Source of the DNA: Escherichia coli
GTDB lineage: Bacteria; Pseudomonadota; Gammaproteobacteria; Enterobacterales; Enterobacteriaceae
Reading direction: 5' to 3' (one strand)
Assembly: GCF_048403405.1 (NCBI RefSeq)
Contig: NZ_CP183129.1
DNA length: 64,000 bases
The notes under the pieces are model-generated. The model was not told the origin of the DNA and did no database searches. It saw only the letters and a program-made list of their open reading frames with translations. Made by a program: the position numbers and the translations under genes. Below, one piece after another: positions 55,679 through 64,000 of the stretch. Each line of letters starts with the position of its first letter. The first letter of the stretch is position 1.

Positions 55679-57598
55679 ATGAATAAGTTTATCGCTGCTG
55701 AAGCTGCGGAATGTATAGGCTGTCATGCTTGTGAAATTGCCTGTGCGATGGCACATAATCAAGAAAACTGGCCGCTGAGTCACAGTGACTTTCGACCGCG
55801 TATCCACGTTGTAGGGAAAGGCCAGGCTGCGAATCCGGTGGCCTGCCATCACTGCAACAATGCCCCTTGCGTTACGGCTTGTCCGGTTAATGCTCTGACT
55901 TTCCAGCCCGATAGCGTACAACTGGACGAGCAAAAATGTATTGGTTGTAAAAGATGCGCAATCGCTTGCCCCTTTGGCGTCGTTGAGATGGTCGATACGA
56001 TTGCGCAGAAATGCGACCTTTGTAACCAGCGCAGTTCCGGCACGCAAGCCTGTATTGAAGTCTGCCCAACACAGGCGTTACGGCTGATGGACGATAAAGG
56101 GTTGCAGCAGATAAAGGTGGCCCGCCAGCGCAAAACGGCAGCAGGAAAAGCGTCATCAGACGCTCACCCATCTCGCAGTGCAGCGTTGCTCCCCGTTAAC
56201 TCGCGTAAAGGCGCAGATAAAATTTCAGCGAGTGAACGGAAAACCCACTTTGGCGAAATCTATTACGGGCTGGATCCACAACAAGCGACTTATGAGAGTG
56301 ACCGCTGTGTTTATTGCGCCGAAAAAGCTAACTGCAACTGGCATTGCCCGCTGCATAACGCTATTCCGGATTACATCCGTCTGGTGCAGGAAGGAAAGAT
56401 TATTGAAGCGGCAGAACTTTGCCACCAGACCAGTTCCTTACCAGAAATCTGCGGCAGGGTATGTCCACAGGACCGTCTTTGTGAAGGCGCATGTACTTTG
56501 AAAGATCACTCTGGCGCAGTCACTATCGGTAATCTGGAACGCTACATCACCGATACCGCGCTGGCGATGGGCTGGCGTCCCGATGTCAGCAAAGTTGTTC
56601 CCCGTAGCGAAAAAGTGGCGGTGATTGGCGCAGGGCCTGCAGGGTTAGGGTGTGCTGATATTCTGGCGCGCGCAGGAGTTCAGGTTGATGTCTTTGATCG
56701 CCATCCAGAAATTGGCGGTATGCTGACTTTTGGCATACCTCCTTTCAAACTCGATAAAACGGTATTAAGCCAGCGGCGAGAGATATTCACCGCAATGGGA
56801 ATCGACTTTCATCTTAATTGTGAAATTGGCCGCGATATTACCTTTGGCGATTTAACTTCTGAATATGATGCAGTTTTCATCGGCGTGGGGACTTACGGGA
56901 TGATGCGAGCAGATCTGCCGCATGAAGATGCGCCCGGTGTCATTCAGGCTCTACCGTTCCTGACTGCCCATACCCGCCAGCTCATGGGGTTGCCGGAGTC
57001 TGAAGAGTATCCGCTGACGGATGTGGAAGGTAAGCGAGTCGTGGTATTGGGCGGTGGCGATACGACCATGGATTGTTTGCGGACTTCCATCCGCCTCAAT
57101 GCCGCCAGCGTGACCTGCGCGTATCGTCGTGATGAAGTCAGTATGCCGGGCTCGCGCAAAGAGGTGGTCAATGCGCGCGAGGAAGGTGTCGAGTTTCAGT
57201 TCAATGTTCAGCCGCAATATATCGCTTGTGACGAAGATGGGCGTTTAACTGCGGTGGGCCTGATTCGTACAGCCATGGGTGAGCCGGGGCCGGATGGTCG
57301 CCGTCGTCCTCGTCCGGTAGCGGGTTCAGAGTTTGAATTGCCCGCCGATGTTCTCATTATGGCCTTTGGTTTCCAGGCGCATGCCATGCCGTGGTTGCAG
57401 GGCAGCGGAATTAAACTCGATAAATGGGGCCTGATTCAAACCGGTGACGTCGGGTATTTACCTACCCAGACGCATCTGAAAAAAGTCTTTGCTGGTGGTG
57501 ATGCTGTTCATGGCGCGGATCTGGTTGTCACTGCAATGGCCGCAGGAAGGCAGGCGGCGCGCGATATGTTAACTCTGTTTGATACGAAGGCATCGTGA
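55679..57598 (+). CDS. ygfT: Fe-S ferredoxin domain fused to GltD-like NAD(P)H/FAD oxidoreductase
   Basis: Track ORF 55664..57598. The ATG at 55679 gives [23 protein letters not shown]..., 639 aa. It has multiple CxxCxxCxxxCP clusters followed by GAGPAGL and GGGDTTMD dinucleotide motifs. Confidence 0.92.
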   Translation: MNKFIAAEAAECIGCHACEIACAMAHNQENWPLSHSDFRPRIHVVGKGQAANPVACHHCNNAPCVTACPVNALTFQPDSVQLDEQKCIGCKRCAIACPFGVVEMVDTIAQKCDLCNQRSSGTQACIEVCPTQALRLMDDKGLQQIKVARQRKTAAGKASSDAHPSRSAALLPVNSRKGADKISASERKTHFGEIYYGLDPQQATYESDRCVYCAEKANCNWHCPLHNAIPDYIRLVQEGKIIEAAELCHQTSSLPEICGRVCPQDRLCEGACTLKDHSGAVTIGNLERYITDTALAMGWRPDVSKVVPRSEKVAVIGAGPAGLGCADILARAGVQVDVFDRHPEIGGMLTFGIPPFKLDKTVLSQRREIFTAMGIDFHLNCEIGRDITFGDLTSEYDAVFIGVGTYGMMRADLPHEDAPGVIQALPFLTAHTRQLMGLPESEEYPLTDVEGKRVVVLGGGDTTMDCLRTSIRLNAASVTCAYRRDEVSMPGSRKEVVNAREEGVEFQFNVQPQYIACDEDGRLTAVGLIRTAMGEPGPDGRRRPRPVAGSEFELPADVLIMAFGFQAHAMPWLQGSGIKLDKWGLIQTGDVGYLPTQTHLKKVFAGGDAVHGADLVVTAMAAGRQAARDMLTLFDTKAS

Positions 57599-58086
57599 TG
57601 AAATCGTTAATTATCGTTAATCCGGCTGACTGTATTGGCTGCCGTACTTGTGAAGTAGCCTGTGTGGTCGCTCACCCTTCAGAACAGGAGTTGAATGCCG
57701 ATGTCTTTTTACCCCGGCTGAAGGTACAGCGACTGGACAGCATCAGTGCGCCGGTGATGTGCCATCAGTGTGAAAACGCCCCTTGTGTTAGCGCTTGCCC
57801 CGTGGGGGCGCTGACGATGGGCGAGCAGGTGGTGCAGGCCAATTCTGCCCGTTGTATTGGCTGTCAGAGTTGCGTCAGTGCGTGCCCGTTTGGGATGATA
57901 ACCATTCAGTCGTTGCCGGGGGATACCCGGCAACAAATTGTGAAATGCGATCTCTGTGAACAGCGGGAAGAGGGGCCAGCCTGCGTTGAATCTTGCCCGA
58001 CACAGGCGCTGCAGTTGCTTACTGAAAGAGAACTCAGGCGAGTCCGCCAGCAGCGTATTGTTGCCAGCGGTAAGAATCCTCTGTGA
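57595..58086 (+). CDS. ygfS: 4Fe-4S cluster electron-transfer protein (HycB-like)
   Basis: Track ORF of 163 aa with four Cys clusters ([36 protein letters not shown]...C). It overlaps the ygfT stop by 4 bp. Confidence 0.92.
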   Translation: MMKSLIIVNPADCIGCRTCEVACVVAHPSEQELNADVFLPRLKVQRLDSISAPVMCHQCENAPCVSACPVGALTMGEQVVQANSARCIGCQSCVSACPFGMITIQSLPGDTRQQIVKCDLCEQREEGPACVESCPTQALQLLTERELRRVRQQRIVASGKNPL

Positions 58087-58092
58087 AAGAAA

Positions 58093-58116
58093 TCTCCGCG
58101 CTGAAAGGCGCGGAGA
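58093..58116. terminator. Bidirectional hairpin between the convergent genes ygfS and ghxQ
   Basis: tctccgcgc-tgaaag-gcgcggaga is a perfect 9-bp stem. The flanking U-runs are weak. Confidence 0.5.
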
Positions 58117-58121
58117 ATCTA

Positions 58122-59489
58122 TTAGATTGCCCAACCACCCGCGTAAAATGCGACCAGTGCGGCAGTAATGATCACCGTACCAATATTCAGCTTTTGCCAT
58201 TCGCGTGCAAAGACGCGGCCTACGACCAGTGTCACAAAGCCCAGCATAATACCGGTAACGATATTACAAGTCAGAACGATGAACACGGCACACACCAGGC
58301 CAGCCATTGCGTCAATAAAATCATTGAAATCCAGCTTCGAGACGTTACTTAACATCAGCAAACCTACGTACATCAGAGCGGGTGCAGTGGCGTAACCAGG
58401 GATCAAAAATGACAACGGTGATAAGAACAAAATCAGCAGGAATAACGCCCCCACTACGGTTGCGGTCAATCCTGTTTTACCCCCGGCGGCGGTTCCTGCC
58501 GCTGATTCGATATAAACCGCTGCGGGCGCTGCGCCCACCAGGCCGGAGAATATTGAACTTACTGAGTCACTGGTCAGGGCTTTGCCGCCGTTGATGATCT
58601 GGTTGTCTTTATCCAACAAATTCGCCTGACCGGCGACGGCACGGATGGTACCAGTGGCGTCGAACACTGCGGTCATCACCAATGCTAGTACACTCGGAAG
58701 TACAGTTGGCTGGAGTGCGCCCATAATATCGAGGCTGAAAATCAGAGACTTACCATCTTCGCCAGTCAGGCTTGGCATCGCCACCAGACCGTGGTATTTC
58801 ACCGCTGGATCAAAGATTAAGCCGATGATCGAAATTGCAATAATCACCAACAAGATCCCGCCTGGTACGCGGCACTTTTCCAGACCGAAGATGACCGCCA
58901 GCCCCAGCAAGCTCATCATCACCGGGAAGGAGGTAAACGCACCGAGCGCCACTGGCAAGCCTTCAATCGGGTTTTTGATAACCATTCCCACACCGTTAGC
59001 AGCAATCAGCAGCAGAAACAGGCCGATACCGATACCTGTACCGTGAGCTATCCCCATCGGTAAATTACGTAAGATCCAGGTACGCACACCGGTTACGGAA
59101 ATGGCGGTGAAGATGACGCCCATCAGAAAGACCGCGCCCAGTGCGACAGGAACGCTAATTTGTTGCCCGAGAACCAGACTGAATGCGGTAAACGCCGTCA
59201 AGGAAATCGCGCAACCAATCGCCATTGGCAAATTGGCCCATAATCCCATCAGCAACGAGCCGAAGCCCGCGACCAGACAGGTGGCAACAAACACAGCTGC
59301 GGGAGGAAAACCTGCTTTGCCCAGCATTCCCGGAACGACGATAACGGAATAAACCATGGCCAGAAAGGTCGTTAAGCCAGCCAGTACTTCCTGACGAACG
59401 GTACTGCCACGAGCGGTAATTTTAAAATAATTATCCAGCGCGCCCTGTGGCTTTGGTGCGTCCGGTGTTTGTAGGATGTCTCCAGACAT
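58122..59489 (-). CDS. ghxQ: Guanine/hypoxanthine permease (AzgA-like NCS2)
   Basis: Track ORF of 455 aa, [34 protein letters not shown]..., and matches GhxQ (YgfQ). Confidence 0.92.
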   Translation of the reverse strand: MSGDILQTPDAPKPQGALDNYFKITARGSTVRQEVLAGLTTFLAMVYSVIVVPGMLGKAGFPPAAVFVATCLVAGFGSLLMGLWANLPMAIGCAISLTAFTAFSLVLGQQISVPVALGAVFLMGVIFTAISVTGVRTWILRNLPMGIAHGTGIGIGLFLLLIAANGVGMVIKNPIEGLPVALGAFTSFPVMMSLLGLAVIFGLEKCRVPGGILLVIIAISIIGLIFDPAVKYHGLVAMPSLTGEDGKSLIFSLDIMGALQPTVLPSVLALVMTAVFDATGTIRAVAGQANLLDKDNQIINGGKALTSDSVSSIFSGLVGAAPAAVYIESAAGTAAGGKTGLTATVVGALFLLILFLSPLSFLIPGYATAPALMYVGLLMLSNVSKLDFNDFIDAMAGLVCAVFIVLTCNIVTGIMLGFVTLVVGRVFAREWQKLNIGTVIITAALVAFYAGGWAI

Positions 59490-59524
59490 AATGATGTCCT
59501 CACGAGGATGTTAAAGTTTTATTA

Positions 59525-60844
59525 TTAGTTGCGTTCGTACACCAGACGACCATCAACGTAGGTGCGGTAGATCGAACGGTCATCGCCCAACGTCATCATC
59601 ACGAACAATTTGTCGACTAAAGAAACAGAGTTGTCATAGCGCAGCTGCTGTAGCGGAGTGGCGGTGGGTTCCATCACCACGAAATCAGCCTCTTTGCCAG
59701 GTAAAAAGTTGCCAATCAAATCGTCAAGGCCCAGAGATTTCGCTCCGCCGAGCGTGGCCAGGTAAAATGCTTCATATGCCGAGAGGCGATAGCCTTGTAG
59801 TTGCAACACTTTGTAGGCTTCGTTTAGCGTTTGCAGCATGTTGAAAGTTGTTCCGGCACCGATATCCGTTCCCATGCCCACTTTGACTTTCTTCTGCCAT
59901 GCTTTTTTCAAGTTGAATAAGCCGCTGCCGAGGTAAAGGTTGGAGGTCGGACAGAAAGCAATGCTGGATTTGGTTTCGCTGAGACGATCCCACTCTTTTT
60001 CTTCGAGATGGACGCAGTGAGCAAAGACACAGTTTTTACCGGTCAGGCCGTACTGATGGTAAACATCCAGATAGCCATCATGTTCAGGATAAAGTTCTTT
60101 CACCCAGGCAATTTCATCTTTGTTTTCACAGAGATGGGTATGTACCCACGTATCCGGATATTCTTCTTTCAGGCGTTGCGCCATCGCCATCTGTTCAGGA
60201 GATGAGGTAGGGGCGAAGCGTGGCGTAATCGCATACAACAGACGACCATTTTTGTGCCAGCGTTCAATCAGTTCTTTGCTTTGGTGATAGCTGCTTTCGG
60301 CAGTGTCGAGCAGATAATCCGGTGCGTTTCGGTCCATCATCACTTTACCGGCAATCATACGCATATTGATATGACTGGCGGCTTCAAACAGCGCATCAAC
60401 GGATTGCGGATGAACAGTGCCAAACACCAGCGCCGTGGTGGTTCCGTTACGTAAAAGCTGCTTGATGAAGAACGCCGACATCTCGCGGGCGTACTCTAAA
60501 TCCTCATAACGACGTTCAGTAGGGAAGGTGTGTTTATTCAACCACTCCAGCAATTGTTCACCATAGGCCCCCACCATTTCACTTTGCGGATAATGGATAT
60601 GTGTATCGACAAAGCCCGGTACTATCAGTTTGCCGCGATAGTCGCGCACGCGAATGGTGTCAGGAATTTGATGTTTTCCGTCTTCCCATTCGCCAAACCA
60701 TTCCACTTTTCCCTGTTTAATGAGTAATAAACCATCCTCAATAAACCGCAGCGCAGAGGCAATCTCTTCCGGGTTGTCGACCGTACGCGTGACATCAATA
60801 AAACTGCCTCGTACCGCTTTTAACGTGTGTTCTCCTGACATCAT
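59525..60844 (-). CDS. guaD: Guanine deaminase
   Basis: Track ORF 59525..60964. The ATG at 60844 gives MMSGEHTLKAVRGSFIDVTRTVDNPEE..., 439 aa, with the amidohydrolase HxH motif (DTHIHYPQ). Confidence 0.93.
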   Translation of the reverse strand: MMSGEHTLKAVRGSFIDVTRTVDNPEEIASALRFIEDGLLLIKQGKVEWFGEWEDGKHQIPDTIRVRDYRGKLIVPGFVDTHIHYPQSEMVGAYGEQLLEWLNKHTFPTERRYEDLEYAREMSAFFIKQLLRNGTTTALVFGTVHPQSVDALFEAASHINMRMIAGKVMMDRNAPDYLLDTAESSYHQSKELIERWHKNGRLLYAITPRFAPTSSPEQMAMAQRLKEEYPDTWVHTHLCENKDEIAWVKELYPEHDGYLDVYHQYGLTGKNCVFAHCVHLEEKEWDRLSETKSSIAFCPTSNLYLGSGLFNLKKAWQKKVKVGMGTDIGAGTTFNMLQTLNEAYKVLQLQGYRLSAYEAFYLATLGGAKSLGLDDLIGNFLPGKEADFVVMEPTATPLQQLRYDNSVSLVDKLFVMMTLGDDRSIYRTYVDGRLVYERN

Positions 60845-60858
60845 TGACTCCTTTACTG

Positions 60859-62259
60859 TTAATCCATCTCTTCCGCTGAGGTAATACCAGGCAGAACGTT
60901 TTCCTGTCGGTAGCCACCAGGGAGGATAATATTTAATAAAATCGCAGTTAACCCGCCAGCACAAATAGGGTTTTCAACTAATACATAAATAGAGGCTGGC
61001 AATATTTTAAAAATTTCGGGATCGTAGGAGACGCCAAGCCCTAAACCTAAAGAAGTGGCGACAATAAGTGTTTCACGGCGCTTTAAACCGTTGGTGATGA
61101 TGATGCGAATCCCAGCGATAGCAATCATGGAAAACATCAACGTCATTGCGCCTCCCAGAACTGCCGAGGGTATGGTTGTGAAGAAGCCGCCAATCATCGG
61201 AAACAAGCCGAGGATAACCAGCATTACCGCGATGGTTCGCCCGACATAACGTGAAGCGACGCCAGTCATCTGAATAACCCCATTATTTTGCGCAAACGTG
61301 GTTAAGGGTAATGAACCGACAGCGGAGGCGATAACAGAAACCAGACCATCTGCCAGCACGCCGCCTTTCAGTCGGGACTGATACTCTTCCCCCTGAATAG
61401 GGCGGCGAGAAACCATTGCCGTGGCGGTGATATCGCCGACAGCTTCCAGCACGCTAAGCAAATAAATCGTGCCAACCACCAGGAACTGATGGAAGCTGAA
61501 ACTAAACCCGTATTTGAATGGATGCGGGATGGTGATTAACGGCAAATTGCGCATACTGCTGAAATCCACCATACCCAGGCATAACGACGCGATATAACCG
61601 ACGCATAGCCCAATGGCGATCCCTCCCATGCGTAGCAACGGACTGCGACAGCAGTTAAAGCCGATCACCACAATCAAAACCAATAAACCAACGCCGAGAT
61701 GTTCGTAATTGCCGAACGTACCGCTGCTTTTGGCTGCAAATCCTCCACCAAAATCGATAATGCCGACTTTAATCAGGCTTAAGCCGATCATCAGTACCAC
61801 AATACCGCTGACGGTAGGCGTAATAACCCGACGTAAATAGGGCAAGATAAATGAAGATCCGACAACCAGAAATGCGCCAACGAAGGAGACGCCGAGAAGC
61901 GACGACATGATTAACTCTTCGTGAAAACCGTCGCTTTTCATGCTGCTGCCCAGCGCAATCATGACCGTAACAAATGAAAAATTGACTGACTGAATTGAGA
62001 GTAGGCCAGAACCGACGATGCCGTAGCGGTTTACTTGTAACCAGGTACCAATACCAGAGGCGATCATCGCCATAGAAACAAGATAGGCGGTTGTTTCAGC
62101 GGAAAGCTGTAAGGCCGCACCCACGATTAACGCGGGGGTTACCATCGGAACGAAAATTGCCAACAGATGGGTAATGGCACCAACGAGAGCCTGATGAAAG
62201 GGAGGGCGATCCTCCAGTTCAAATATAAGGTCAGAACCTGCATGGTTTATATCAGACAT
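60859..62259 (-). CDS. xanQ: Xanthine permease (NCS2/NAT)
   Basis: Track ORF 60859..62316. The ATG at 62259 gives MSDINHAGSDLIFELEDRPPFHQALVGAITH..., 466 aa. Confidence 0.93.
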   Translation of the reverse strand: MSDINHAGSDLIFELEDRPPFHQALVGAITHLLAIFVPMVTPALIVGAALQLSAETTAYLVSMAMIASGIGTWLQVNRYGIVGSGLLSIQSVNFSFVTVMIALGSSMKSDGFHEELIMSSLLGVSFVGAFLVVGSSFILPYLRRVITPTVSGIVVLMIGLSLIKVGIIDFGGGFAAKSSGTFGNYEHLGVGLLVLIVVIGFNCCRSPLLRMGGIAIGLCVGYIASLCLGMVDFSSMRNLPLITIPHPFKYGFSFSFHQFLVVGTIYLLSVLEAVGDITATAMVSRRPIQGEEYQSRLKGGVLADGLVSVIASAVGSLPLTTFAQNNGVIQMTGVASRYVGRTIAVMLVILGLFPMIGGFFTTIPSAVLGGAMTLMFSMIAIAGIRIIITNGLKRRETLIVATSLGLGLGVSYDPEIFKILPASIYVLVENPICAGGLTAILLNIILPGGYRQENVLPGITSAEEMD

Positions 62260-62423
62260 CCCTTCACTCCTTTTAAAGTAAATTTGATCATCTGAATCAG
62301 TAAAATAAATTCCCACGAATTTGGGGCGCAGGACGCCTTGAGAACGGCTTATCTCATTTTCGCAGTCACTATTTAGTCATCGTCCAAACAGAGAAACAGG
62401 CCGCCGAAGCGGCCATTTATTAT

Positions 62424-64000
62424 TTATATTTTTTCCAGCGCGGTGAGTATTTTCTCCGGTGTGAAATGCCATTCGCGTAACCAGATGCCGCATGCATCGT
62501 GAATTGCGGTAGCAATCGCCGGAGCTGCGCCATTTACACCGATTTCCGAGATCGATTTCGCCCCGAACGGGCCGACTTTATCGTCGCTCGGCACCAGCAC
62601 AGCGCGGAAATCACGCGGAATATCGCCTATTTTCGGTGCGCCGTAACTGCGTAAATCACGCGTTAACGGGTGACCTTCGGCGTCATAAATGATTTCTTCG
62701 CTCATACTGTGGCCGATTGCACGAAGGGTGGCACCGTAGATTTGTCCCAACGCTAACTCTGGATTGACCGGTGTACCGCAATCCAGCAAGGCGTAGAATT
62801 TATCCAGGCGGATTTCCCCCGTACGCGTGTTGACGGCAACTTCAGCAAAGTTTGCGCCATACGGGAAGGCGAAATCAGGCGTGATATAACTGCCAGTTCC
62901 CACCAGTGAACCAAAGCCGGTGCCGGTTTCGCCTTTATGGGCAATATCCCCGAAACTAACTTCGCCTTTCTTGCCGCGTACGACGCCCGGCGTTGCTAGT
63001 TGGACATCTGCCACTGGCTCACCCAACATTTGCGCACCGTGGAACAGAATTTTCTCCCGCAGATTTTCTGCTGCCAAGCGCGCCGCGTTACCCGAGAAGC
63101 AAGTACCGGACGAGGCATATGCGCCTTTATCAAACAACGCATGATCGGTATCACCGGAGATAACATGCACGTCCTGCGGTGGGCAGTGCAGCACTTCTGC
63201 TGCCAGTTTCGTCACCACCGTATCCAGACCAGTACCAATATCCGCACCGCCAGAATGAACGATAAAGGTACCGTCTGATTCCAGTTTGATCATGCAGTTA
63301 GCCTGATCGATATCTGGGATCCCTGATTTCTGCATGATAATGGCGACGCCACGACCGATGTGCCAGTCACCGTTTTGTGGTTTTGGTGAAGACCATTGGA
63401 TCATCTCGCGACCCTGACGCAGGATCTCTTCCAGTGCGCAGCTGGCGGCGGAAGGAACGGAGGTCGGCGCTTTACCTTCACCGATTGCACCGAGAATTTT
63501 CAGCTCTTGCCCTTCGTGTACCCGGTTACGTTCGATAATTTCCAGTTGGTCGATCTGTAACTGTTCAGCCAGTTCCGCTAATGCCATGGTGATAGCGAAG
63601 TTACCTTTCGGTGCGCCATAACCCTGATAAGCACCATTTGGGCAAATGTTGCTGTAGTAGGTGGTGACCTGGAAATCGACGTTATCGCACGGATATAACG
63701 GCAGCGACAGCGCCGGTCCGTTACACGGTACGGTGAGTGAGTGGTTGCCGTAAGGGCCAGTGTTGGCGCGGAAATCCATCTTCACTGCCGTCAGGCGACC
63801 ATCTTTTTTCGCTCCCAGTTTGACGGTGACTTTCGCGACGTGACGAGAGGTGTTAGCAATAAACTCTTCTTCACGGGTGTAGCGGAACAGTACCGGACGC
63901 CCGGTCACGCAGGTTGCCCAGGCGCACACTTCTTCCAGCAGGATGTCCTGTTTAGACCCAAAACCGCCGCCAACTCGCTCTTTAATGACATGAACTTTAT
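62424..64000 (-). CDS. xdhD: Molybdopterin hydroxylase, xanthine-dehydrogenase-like (3' part; gene continues past the window end)
   Basis: Track ORF 62424..63929, and the frame stays open to position 64000. It belongs to the aldehyde oxidase/xanthine dehydrogenase Mo-binding domain family and matches the C-terminus of XdhD (YgfN). Confidence 0.88.
   Translation of the reverse strand, partial: KVHVIKERVGGGFGSKQDILLEEVCAWATCVTGRPVLFRYTREEEFIANTSRHVAKVTVKLGAKKDGRLTAVKMDFRANTGPYGNHSLTVPCNGPALSLPLYPCDNVDFQVTTYYSNICPNGAYQGYGAPKGNFAITMALAELAEQLQIDQLEIIERNRVHEGQELKILGAIGEGKAPTSVPSAASCALEEILRQGREMIQWSSPKPQNGDWHIGRGVAIIMQKSGIPDIDQANCMIKLESDGTFIVHSGGADIGTGLDTVVTKLAAEVLHCPPQDVHVISGDTDHALFDKGAYASSGTCFSGNAARLAAENLREKILFHGAQMLGEPVADVQLATPGVVRGKKGEVSFGDIAHKGETGTGFGSLVGTGSYITPDFAFPYGANFAEVAVNTRTGEIRLDKFYALLDCGTPVNPELALGQIYGATLRAIGHSMSEEIIYDAEGHPLTRDLRSYGAPKIGDIPRDFRAVLVPSDDKVGPFGAKSISEIGVNGAAPAIATAIHDACGIWLREWHFTPEKILTALEKI

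Overview
This window reads as Escherichia coli core chromosome. It is collinear with my recollection of the K-12 speA-to-xdhD segment, presented as the reverse complement of the K-12 map. From the ORF track and my own reading I can support about 60 protein genes. These include polyamine synthesis (yqgB-speA-speB), tktA, the cmtBA-yggPFDC cluster, epd-pgk-fbaA, mscS, argO, the sbm operon scpA-argK-scpB-scpC, argP, rpiA, serA, zapA, ygfB-pepP-ubiH-ubiI, gcvTHP, bglA, ygfZ, sdhE-ygfX, fldB, xerD-dsbC-recJ, prfB-lysS, idi, and a purine transporter/deaminase/oxidoreductase cluster. I also find 6S RNA (ssrS), the ibsC/sibC type I toxin-antitoxin pair, an ERIC element, REP-like elements, the prfB +1 frameshift site and several terminators. 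There are no rRNA or tRNA genes, CRISPR arrays, IS elements or prophage genes. Three differences from my recollection of K-12 are the most likely accessory content. An uncharacterised lipoprotein gene sits between speA and speB. A solitary SPFH/prohibitin-family gene sits between tktA and cmtB. The ygfF gene appears to be missing between gcvP and bglA. I cannot name a clearly new multi-gene system from the sequence alone. The lipoprotein and SPFH insertions, with the operator-like palindromes next to the latter, are the best candidates for follow-up. All K-12 comparisons are from memory and need alignment.
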